Shown: positions 1 through 7,010, numbered from the stretch's first letter. The stretch: DNA of 13,630 nucleotides from an uncultured Nitrososphaerota archaeon (GCA_964518475.1 CAZFGR010000036.1:1-13630); one strand, 5' to 3'. The notes: generated from the sequence alone by a model not told the origin. Made by a program: numbers and translations.

Positions 1-414
1 AGAGTATATATCTCTACCTCCACACCACAAACCCGATCTAAAATATTCAAATACAGCAAAGCGAGAAACAATATATACCAGGCCCTGAATTACAATTAAT
101 AAAAGAGCATAAGTTATGAGACGCTATTCTCAATCGGAACAGTAACGAAATATATGAAATACTATTCAATAAGCCCTAAGAATAATAAGGAATAGGCAAA
201 AGCACTACATAGAGTATATAGATTAAAACTTATCCTAGGCAAACCACTAATTAGATATAGCAACACTAACGACATTATACAGTGTCTCCCAATATAATTC
301 CTAGCCTTATCTTCAAGATAATCAAGTAAACATCCCATTTAATCCTAAGAAACAGACAAGGCCGCCTAACTAGACGATTATGCCTTAATACAATAGTAAA
401 AATAGGCTTATCCC

Positions 415-933
415 TTATATGCTGGTATCTTGTATTTTCTGCATACTTTTTTGTGTAGATTGCTGACTTATATACTCTTTCCATTTACTATAATACTTCA
501 TAGCGTAATTCTCTATTCTTCTAAATATATTGTTAGGAATTAGGCTAGGATCTTTTTCTCTTATTCCTTGGAGTGTGTAGAATACTTTGTATATGGCTAA
601 TATTCCTTTTTCTCTTTTCCTTTCTAGTTCCTTCCTAGTAATGCTAATAGCTATGCTAATTAATTTATTCCAGTTAACATTAGCTCTCCTAAGTATGCTC
701 ATTATATCTTCAACATCCTTTCTCCTCTCAGTAATGGACTTATAGATTATGATGGATTCGTTAGACAGAAGAAACGCAGTAAGATTACCATAACGACCTA
801 GGAATTCTACATCTTTTTAAACTCACTATAGAATCTAAGTTTGATAAATTTACCTGCATCGATATCTATGTGTTCGTCTAATGCTGGATTTTTGTATCTT
901 AACTCGCTTTCCCTATAGAATCCTAGTGGTTGC
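415..933 (-). pseudogene. 3' part of a DUF6036/AbiEii-like nucleotidyltransferase gene, cut off by the TnpB element and carrying an extra frameshift
   Basis: From 932 the minus strand reads QPLGFYRESELRYKNPALDEHIDIDAGKFIKLRFYSEFKKM* (TAG 809-807). A shift at the A5 run (818-814) continues as KDVEFLGRYGNLTAFLLSNESIIIYKSITERRKDVEDIMSIL..., in frame with track ORF 415..702. YKSITERRKDVEDI fits the C-terminal K...R.KD..D motif of this NTase group. Confidence 0.8.
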
Positions 934-1065
934 CCGTGCTTTATATTTTGGGTATTTTCGAAATTATGGAAACCTGCACAGGCTTCCCCTTCATCCCTTC
1001 TTGGGGTTGCATCTGGTCTGGGGCTTTCGGGGCCGCCATGGAACCACGAGGCCCCACATCTCGGG
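914..1065 (-). ncRNA. Putative TnpB omega-RNA (reRNA): scaffold ~1065-934 plus flank-derived guide ~933-914
   Basis: A GC-rich island overlaps the tnpB 3' end. It has stems GGGGCC/GGCCCC (1055-1029) and GGAAGCCU-GUGC-AGGUUUCC (987-968, with a G-U pair valid on the minus strand). TnpB omega-RNAs are known to overlap the tnpB 3' end and take their guide from the flank. The 5' end is estimated. Confidence 0.7.
940..975 (-). repeat. Right-end array of four degenerate 9-nt direct repeats
   Basis: The minus strand reads AGGTTTCCA TAATTTCGA AAATACCCA AAATATAAA, then the terminal GCACGG. Confidence 0.6.
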
Positions 1066-2170
1066 TTAGGAGCTTAAGTCCCCTCAATGCCAGGTTCCAT
1101 GAGGCAATAAGGTCTCTTGTTATAATATAGCCATTGGATAGTTTAACCCATCTATAGTTGATAAATATGAGCTTCCCACCTAATGGTGATGTTCTAGAGG
1201 TTCCTCTTGGATTAACATAAACTATGTTTAACCCCTCTATCAATGCTTTATAATGGATATATGACTGTATTCTACTGTATGTCCATAGTGCGAGCTTCTT
1301 ATTGAATTTCCTAGAATTACTGGCTTTACTCCTCAGCTTGTTTAAGTCTTCTAAGACTATAATAGCATTATACTCCTTTGCAATCTCCACTATTCTCCTA
1401 GATATGTAATGGCATGAATCAATGAGTATGTTTCTAGCTCTACGTCCATGTCTCTCAATAGCCTCTCTTATTCCTTTAACATATCTCCATTTCCTAGAGT
1501 ACTTCCTCTGTATTTTCTCGACAATTATTTTATGAGTTAGTGCTCTTCTTAAGCCATTAAAAGGTATAGTACCCATTGTTATGAGTCTACCCTTCATATC
1601 TATTATGGTGTAGGCTATGCTACCGAAGTTAATGTCTACACCCATAACGGCTCTTGGTTGTCTAAACACCACTTCCTTCTGGAAGGTAAAGTAAACCCAG
1701 ATTGTACCATACTTGTAGCTTACAGATATCTCCTTAAGCTTCCATGAACCATTAAAGTACCTACCTAGGTAGTCATACCATATTAGCTCTAACTCAATCC
1801 ATTCATTATTTAGAACAGCTATCTTTATTCTTTTACTGTTTAAGACTAGCTTGTAGTCTTGATAATCTAGTCTAGCTGTTAGTTTTCTTAGTACTGGCTT
1901 TCTTCCCTTATTCTTCTTTACAGCCTTTACTATTTCCCGTGCTCTCCTCTCAATCTTGTGGCAATGGTGTGCTCGAAATCCATGCTTCCTCAACATATTG
2001 TAGAATCTATGGTGTAGCCCCTTCATAGAAGGTATTCTCTTATCAAACCATATCTCATCTACAACGTATTGTATCCAGTCACGGTATGCTCTGAGAAACT
2101 GAATGAGTTTATAGAGGGAGCTGGGATCAGGGGCGACCGCTTTAACTCTTGCAGTCGCTAAAACCCTCAT
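941..2170 (-). CDS. tnpB: RNA-guided endonuclease TnpB (409 aa from ATG 2170)
   Basis: RuvC-I MGVDINF, RuvC-II IVLEDL, RuvC-III TRDLIASWNLA, plus HYISRRIVEIA and YKALIEG...VNPRGTS. ATG 2170 follows a GGGG RBS. The track's extension to 2227 runs through the AT-rich promoter. Confidence 0.95.
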   Translation of the reverse strand: MRVLATARVKAVAPDPSSLYKLIQFLRAYRDWIQYVVDEIWFDKRIPSMKGLHHRFYNMLRKHGFRAHHCHKIERRAREIVKAVKKNKGRKPVLRKLTARLDYQDYKLVLNSKRIKIAVLNNEWIELELIWYDYLGRYFNGSWKLKEISVSYKYGTIWVYFTFQKEVVFRQPRAVMGVDINFGSIAYTIIDMKGRLITMGTIPFNGLRRALTHKIIVEKIQRKYSRKWRYVKGIREAIERHGRRARNILIDSCHYISRRIVEIAKEYNAIIVLEDLNKLRSKASNSRKFNKKLALWTYSRIQSYIHYKALIEGLNIVYVNPRGTSRTSPLGGKLIFINYRWVKLSNGYIITRDLIASWNLALRGLKLLTRDVGPRGSMAAPKAPDQMQPQEGMKGKPVQVSIISKIPKI

Positions 2171-2181
2171 CCCCAGCTTGC

Positions 2182-2219
2182 ACACAATAAATTTTGTGTA
2201 AACAGTTTTATAAGTTTTT
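2182..2219. promoter_or_regulatory. Bidirectional TATA box with an adjacent palindrome between tnpB and the small ORF
   Basis: TTTTATAA at 2206-2213 (TTATAAAA on the minus strand) lies ~35 nt from both ATG 2170 (-) and ATG 2247 (+), with A-rich BRE-like flanks on each side. ACACAA-N6-TTGTGT lies at 2182-2199. Confidence 0.6.
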
Positions 2220-2246
2220 ATGAACAATTATTACCTTGGTGTGAGT

Positions 2247-2393
2247 ATGAGTGTAGTCTACAATTTTGAGGCAAAGATAATCAAGTTTGCTGGAAACCGC
2301 TACATAATCTACCCACCTAAAGAATACCAAGAAAAACTAAAACAATTTCATGGAAGAAAAGTCAAGGTCATAGTAATCATAGAGCCAGAATAA
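2247..2393 (+). CDS. 48-aa AbrB/MazE swapped-hairpin-like (DUF2080-like) small protein, not in the ORF track
   Basis: MSVVYNFEAKIIKFAGNRYIIYPPKEYQEKLKQFHGRKVKVIVIIEPE*. It has a GGTGTGAG RBS and a TATA box upstream. The pattern K.IKF.GN...I..PKE......G.KV.V resembles DUF2080/AbrB-fold proteins. Confidence 0.8.
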   Translation: MSVVYNFEAKIIKFAGNRYIIYPPKEYQEKLKQFHGRKVKVIVIIEPE

Positions 2394-2446
2394 GGTTTCC
2401 AAAATACCACTAAGTTTCCTAAGTAACTATAAGAACAAAGATACCA
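2393..2446 (+). repeat. Left-end array of degenerate 9-nt repeats, inverted relative to the right-end array
   Basis: The plus strand reads AGGTTTCCA (2393) AAATACCAC (2402) AAGTTTCCT (2412) AAGTAACTA (2421), then GATACCA (2440). AGGTTTCCA and AAAATACC also occur exactly on the minus strand at 975-967 and 958-951. Confidence 0.6.
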
Positions 2447-2453
2447 TCAACTA

Positions 2454-2665
2454 TTAAATAGTCTATACAGGGCATCAACAAGAACATTATAATTGTCCTC
2501 ATTTTCCACAATAATATCTACGTCAATTGTTGATTCTTTAATATCCCTAAGGGTTAATGCTGCTCCACCGAGAATGTATATTTTAACGGGTTTGGATAAA
2601 GTATATCCTATTTTTTCTAACAACTCTATTAGGTCTTCTTTAGTTTTTCTTGCTGACTCCATCAT
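2454..2665 (-). pseudogene. 5' part of the DUF6036/AbiEii-like nucleotidyltransferase gene, interrupted by the element
   Basis: IYILGGAALTLRDIKESTIDVDIIV is the GG...T.D.D NTase signature. It has a GAGGT RBS and overlaps the upstream wHTH gene. The stop at 2449-2447 lies within the inserted DNA. The reconstructed gene is about 243 aa. Confidence 0.85.
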
Positions 2666-3050
2666 TTCTTTTTACCTCAATTCTTACAATACCGTCTGTG
2701 TTGAATGGTATTTCTATTTCTTCGTCAACATACACAATCGGCATTGATGCTCTTACCCCACTATCACCCCACCAGACTCTATACTTGATTCCTTTCTCCT
2801 CAAGTATCATAGTAATTCTATGGAGGACGCTTTTCCTCAATATTTTCAAGTATTCAGCGCCTAAACCTGTTAAGTGATAATACTTTACACCATTATATAC
2901 TGAAACAGTAACAAACCCATAATCTATTAGCTTGGAGAGAACATTATATAGAGAAGTAGGATTATACCCAAGCTTGACAAGACCATAAATACTCTTCGCA
3001 ATAACCAGATCATTCAAAAGCCTAGCAGTCTTCACTAAATCCCTAAACAT
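2640..3050 (-). CDS. Winged helix-turn-helix protein (PadR-like), putative regulator/antitoxin of the downstream NTase
   Basis: SLYNVLSKLIDYGFVTVSVYNGVKYYHLTGLGAEYL is a typical wHTH recognition helix plus wing (YY.LT..G), followed by a small C-terminal alpha/beta domain. Confidence 0.8.
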   Translation of the reverse strand: MFRDLVKTARLLNDLVIAKSIYGLVKLGYNPTSLYNVLSKLIDYGFVTVSVYNGVKYYHLTGLGAEYLKILRKSVLHRITMILEEKGIKYRVWWGDSGVRASMPIVYVDEEIEIPFNTDGIVRIEVKRNDGVSKKN

Positions 3051-3085
3051 ACTCTGTTCCCCACGATATATGCGGATTTATCCCC

Positions 3086-3119
3086 TTTAAATACCTTTAC
3101 AAAAACTGTAAAGATATTT
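3086..3119 (-). promoter_or_regulatory. TATA box overlapped by a 13-bp inverted repeat (putative operator) for the wHTH-NTase operon
   Basis: AAATACCTTTACA-N5-TGTAAAGATATTT (3089-3119) matches at 12/13. TTTAAA at 3091-3086 is ~36 nt upstream of ATG 3050. Confidence 0.65.
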
Positions 3120-3124
3120 TCAAT

Positions 3125-3352
3125 ATACACAAAAGCCCCCACATTATATTTCTTCATAACACTGAGAACCAAGCCCCTATCACGAACATCACCCTCAACA
3201 AAAACTATATGGTCAAGACAATCCCTAAGATTACCGAGACAACCACTATACAAGTTATCCAACACGGCTACACAGGAAAACTCCTCAACAAGCCCTCCAA
3301 CAGTCCAACCACCAACAAAACCAGCACCACCACTAACAAAAAACACAGTCAC
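3125..3352 (-). pseudogene. N-terminal remnant of an NAD-dependent epimerase/dehydratase (GalE-like)
   Basis: VFFVSGGAGFVGG...VAVLDNLYSG...FVEGDVRD gives the GGAGFxG Rossmann, DNL and GDVRD motifs. Similarity ends after ~75 codons, with no YxxxK catalytic part. Confidence 0.85.
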
Positions 3353-3753
3353 TGTACATATCCAAATACAAATTAAATACCCTGCCCCCAATACTGATTT
3401 AATGAAACCATATTCCCTATTCTTGCTAGAAATAAAATATTCGTTCATTTTATTTTCTTAACTCACGACTTTAACTGCATATTCCGTTCTAGGGCTCTAA
3501 ACAATTATCAGACGTCCAATATTTACACATTATAATGCTATAGAAAACTTCTTTTGTACCTTAACATCATATATAAGGATGCCTACAACATCCCTTAAAA
3601 TTAAAGTATTTAACCTTACTACACTCCCCCGCCCCTTCTTTGGAGATCATCCTATATACTGTAGCACTATACTACGCAACTGTATAAGAGAACATATTCC
3701 ACCTATAACATTGGACGACAGTTCTTCATATTTGGCCAAGCTTCAAAGAGTTG

Positions 3754-4160
3754 GGTATAGTGAAGCGTTAGGGGTTTAAGCATAGAATGCGTCGTGGATA
3801 CTCCTCAATAAACTATAACATAGCCTTGCTAACAACCAAAATGATGCCTGATCTAGGAGTTGTTGATGGAGTAGTCGGTATGAAGGGTAATGGAGCAGTA
3901 AGTGGTGAACCCAAGAAGTGGGGAGTAGTATTCGCATCAACCAACCCAGTAAACCTAGATGCCGCTGTAGCTTATGACATGGGCTTCAACCCAAGAGACA
4001 TAGGTTAGTTATTTATACTTCCTAGCAAAATGGGACTACGGCATAATATACCCAGATAAGATACCTATTGTTGGTGAAAAAACTAGAAAACATAAGGACG
4101 AGATTCAAATCACACAGAACATACAGGGAACAACTCTTGTGAAAAACAATACTTCATTAA
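3754..4160 (+). pseudogene. C-terminal remnant of a DUF362-family protein
   Basis: PDLGVVDGVVGMKGNGAVSGEPKKWGVVFASTNPVNLDAAVAYDMGFNP is the DUF362 C-terminal signature. In-frame TAGs occur at 3769 and 4006, and a frameshifted tail reads IPIVGEK/LENIRTRFKSHRTYREQLL*. Confidence 0.8.
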
Positions 4161-4203
4161 CCTACTCCAAGAAATCTCGTTGAATAAGTAATTTCAAGAC
4201 AAG

Positions 4204-4234
4204 ACGACTGACACTGTCACGTGGTGTTAGTCGT
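4204..4234 (+). other. Intergenic hairpin of unknown function
   Basis: ACGACTGACAC-TGTCACGTG-GTGTTAGTCGT forms an 11-bp stem, extendable to 14 bp with G-U pairs on the plus strand. Confidence 0.4.
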
Positions 4235-4809
4235 ATGATCGATATGATTGATGTAGAAGTAAAGCGAGAAACCTAAATGTAAATTGTGGAAAAGTAATGG
4301 GTTTTCTACATATAGCCTAGAGCTCCGAGACTTTCTTTTACTTTCTCTTTTGTCCCACTTAGAGAAACTCTCACTATGTGCATTTTCACTCACAACCTCG
4401 TTAATACAAACTCTACGAATCCATCAATACTAGAAACCTATTAAGCCTTCACAAACTCCCAATTTCTTATACAGTCTCGTCGCGAGATATACACGGGAGC
4501 CTTTTCATTCATATTTTATCACAGATATTGACAGAAGAATGTATTTTAGAGACTTTTACTAGGCTTAACTTACTGTTATAATCCAATTGTTACTCTAAGG
4601 GCCTTAACGGTCTTTATATTCTTTAGGGAATAATTCACATAGAAATTTATAATTTTGTAGTGTGAGCCTCGAAGGCAGTAACCTTTGTTATCTACAGTTT
4701 GTGAAACACGTAAAATATAAAAATCTTAGTGAGCACCAATATTCATGACGCTTTGTAATTATAATTTTCTTGCAAATATAAAGTAATGAACTTTGTAGAA
4801 TTCTTAAGT

Positions 4810-5874
4810 TTATTTCCATGCCAATACCTCAAGGCCGATCGCAAGACCTGCTTGAGGTGTACTTCTATATGCTTGGAAACGATAACCTAAGCTCCTCAAA
4901 TGTCGGAAGACGGTTCTGAAATCGTAGTTTATTATATGTCCCCACTTGCCCAAATCAATCTCAAATTTGATAACACTGGGTCTTACTGATATCATTCTCA
5001 ACTCCTTCAACACATCGATTTCACAACCCTTACAATCCATTTTCAACACATCAAACATTCCATATTTTTCTATGATCGAATTAATAGAGTAACACGTAAC
5101 ATTAACACAATTTTGTGTATTTTTCTTAGAGTATAATGAGAGAGCTCCCCCTCCCGTAAGAATTTTATCAAAACATAGCCTATATGTTCCATCTTTCCCA
5201 ATTGCTGCATTTACAGGAATTATTTTATCCCTTAGATGGGGATTTAACTTAAGATTTTTAATAAACTCAACATAGTTATAGGGATTCGGTTCGAAAGCAA
5301 CAACCTTCTTAGCACCCAGTTTAGCAAATCTTAGCGATGAATCACCCACCCACGCACCTATATCAGCAACGACCTTGTCCCTAGGTTGTAAAACATCATG
5401 GATTCTTGTAATGAATGTCTCTATTAAACAAATATCGCAACCTTCTATAGATCTTCTAGTGAGTCTTATTCCATCATTCTCAATGTAGTCCCTTGCAAAG
5501 ATTATGCATTTATTATTCAATGCCTTAATACAATCTCTAGAAATCTCGACATCAACTGCTTTAAAAGAAAGATTGTATGCTGTTAGTGCGAAACGAAGTT
5601 CAGCTAAATTCTTAACGGTAATATAATCGCCTTCCGGCCAATAAACGCGATAACCATCATCTACTTTCCCAACTTCCAATCCTCCTAATCGTTTGACTAA
5701 ACGAAGCGCTGTATGAAAATCTATTTCAGCTTTTTTCTTAAAGAATAATCTAATTAAACCTTTCAAAAGTGTTCTTATATCACCAAGTTCTATAATAAGA
5801 CCTACCCAAAGAAATGCTGAGGATATTCTTCCAACGGGATTCAGAGTATATAACTCCCATTTCATATCTTTCAA
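4810..5874 (-). CDS. FkbM-family SAM-dependent methyltransferase
   Basis: VADIGAWVGDSS, VAFEPNP, VNAAIG and DVLKMDCKGCE motifs. The start is TTG 5874 or ATG 5865. Confidence 0.9.
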   Translation of the reverse strand: MKDMKWELYTLNPVGRISSAFLWVGLIIELGDIRTLLKGLIRLFFKKKAEIDFHTALRLVKRLGGLEVGKVDDGYRVYWPEGDYITVKNLAELRFALTAYNLSFKAVDVEISRDCIKALNNKCIIFARDYIENDGIRLTRRSIEGCDICLIETFITRIHDVLQPRDKVVADIGAWVGDSSLRFAKLGAKKVVAFEPNPYNYVEFIKNLKLNPHLRDKIIPVNAAIGKDGTYRLCFDKILTGGGALSLYSKKNTQNCVNVTCYSINSIIEKYGMFDVLKMDCKGCEIDVLKELRMISVRPSVIKFEIDLGKWGHIINYDFRTVFRHLRSLGYRFQAYRSTPQAGLAIGLEVLAWK

Positions 5875-5924
5875 CCCGGGTTTATCGGATAGCTAATTTG
5901 TTACGATTAAGTATCTAATTAATT

Positions 5925-7010
5925 CTATGGTTTCCAATCCTTCAGTGCATCGTAGTCCGGTTCTAAGTCTTCGGTATAGAAGTCTAAACCAAACCAATGC
6001 ACGACCTTCAAGATATTATTGATTTGCTTTTTTGAGAGTTTCTTCTTCCATTTACCTAGAAGTTCCCTAGGATCTTCAACAACTTCCTTCTTAACCCATG
6101 CAGTTACACTATATCTACGTAGAGTCTTAGTAGCCTCTCTTGGAACACCTTCGTTTATGTGTTGGAAGATATTCTTCAACTCTTTCATACCCTCCAGAAC
6201 GAGTTTCTCATAAACAACAGTATACCACCAACCATATCTCCGGTAATATAGTGGGATATAGTAGTCGAGAGCCCATATAGCAGCGAGAGCTTCAACCATT
6301 GTGTTGATATTGTCAAGTTTTTTCACTATTTCACTTGATTGATTGAGTTCTGCTATTCTATAGATTTCATATATCAATAACTTCTTTAATGTAGAGGGCG
6401 GAAGCTTTGGTACGCCAGCACCTGTTCGTAGTTGTGAAGCAATTGTTGCACATGGGTGTCTGATTATCATGTATATGCCCCTTAACTTGAATCTTTTCGC
6501 GATCCATGGAAGTAGTCTATTTCCACGAACCACCTTAACTACTGGAGGATATATAATGTTTTTTAGGGTCTTCATTAAGCTGTTAATCTTGGTCTCAAGA
6601 CTGTAACCTTTCTGAACTAGTACGGCAAGCGGTGCAGGAGCGTTTGTTAAGAGGGTTCTACCTCTAAAAACATCGCTTAAGTATTTGCATACTTCAGAAT
6701 CTTCTTCGTCTATACGTAAATAAGGTCTAAATGCTGATTCTAAAATAGAGCATAACTCGAATTTTGAATAACATACTTTTCTCCATCGAGGACTGTTCGG
6801 AGGATTCAATGGTTCGAACGAATCCCTATATTTAGGCAACGTCAATAAGACCTCGGAGAAAAATGTTGTACCACTTCGTGGTGCGCCAGATATCAATATA
6901 GTATATCTTTCTTGGTACGATCTTAGCTTATTTGAAAAAGCGGATGCTATCCTATGTGGGAAACCTATACTTCTCATTAACAATGAATAAAAATAGTCGC
7001 GAACAACCAA
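5925..7010 (-). CDS. PAPS-dependent sulfotransferase (Sulfotransfer_1/3-like), copy A
   Basis: 5'-PSB loop ISGAPRSGTTF, FEP, 3'-PB motif IIRHPCATIAS, VVYEKLV and GKWKKKLS. TTG start with a GGTGA RBS. Confidence 0.9.
   Translation of the reverse strand: MVVRDYFYSLLMRSIGFPHRIASAFSNKLRSYQERYTILISGAPRSGTTFFSEVLLTLPKYRDSFEPLNPPNSPRWRKVCYSKFELCSILESAFRPYLRIDEEDSEVCKYLSDVFRGRTLLTNAPAPLAVLVQKGYSLETKINSLMKTLKNIIYPPVVKVVRGNRLLPWIAKRFKLRGIYMIIRHPCATIASQLRTGAGVPKLPPSTLKKLLIYEIYRIAELNQSSEIVKKLDNINTMVEALAAIWALDYYIPLYYRRYGWWYTVVYEKLVLEGMKELKNIFQHINEGVPREATKTLRRYSVTAWVKKEVVEDPRELLGKWKKKLSKKQINNILKVVHWFGLDFYTEDLEPDYDALKDWKP

Larger units (their letters stand above)
934..2453 (-). mobile_element. Non-autonomous TnpB-carrying insertion element (IS607-like or IS200/IS605-like), no tnpA, ~1.52 kb
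   Basis: Contains tnpB. Removing 934..2453 rejoins CTA TTT AA|G CAA CCA CTA in frame with no target duplication. Removing 934..2450 (TTT AAT AG|G CAA) also does, so the left boundary is ambiguous by ~3 nt. The right end is ...AGCACGG, and both ends carry degenerate 9-nt repeat arrays. Confidence 0.85.

Noticed and set aside
162-338. 58-aa hydrophobic minus-strand ORF (MGCLLDYLEDKARNYIGRHCIMSLVLLYLISG...) followed by stop-riddled hydrophobic sequence
   Set aside because: No recognisable motif. It may be a decayed membrane-protein gene but cannot be supported.
807-821. Programmed -1 frameshift at TTT AAA AAG
   Set aside because: It is not an X XXY YYZ heptamer in the required phase. A 1-nt deletion or sequencing error in the A run is simpler.
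881-1130. Plus-strand ORFs 881..1069 and 930..1130
   Set aside because: They are antisense to tnpB, cross the element boundary, and are explained by the GC-rich omega-RNA region.
941-2170. Cas12f/type V CRISPR effector or IStron
   Set aside because: There is no repeat-spacer array, cas1/cas2 or group I intron-like region in the window. The transposon ends and overlapping omega-RNA fit TnpB.
2171-2227. 19-aa N-terminal extension of TnpB in the ORF track
   Set aside because: It runs through the TATA box and palindrome, whereas ATG 2170 has an RBS and suitable promoter spacing.
2444-2450. TTGAT (ISDra2-type TAM) or TTGATGG (GG core) as the left junction
   Set aside because: Both joins leave an in-frame TGA in the host gene, while the joins at 2454 or 2451 restore the frame.
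3035-3448. 137-aa ORF as an intact gene
   Set aside because: Only ~3352-3125 resembles an epimerase. The rest reads through unrelated upstream DNA and the wHTH promoter.
4342-4487. Short inverted repeats TTTCTCT/AGAGAAA and TCTCG/CGAGA
   Set aside because: Arms of 5-7 bp are expected by chance in AT-rich DNA, and there is no supporting context.
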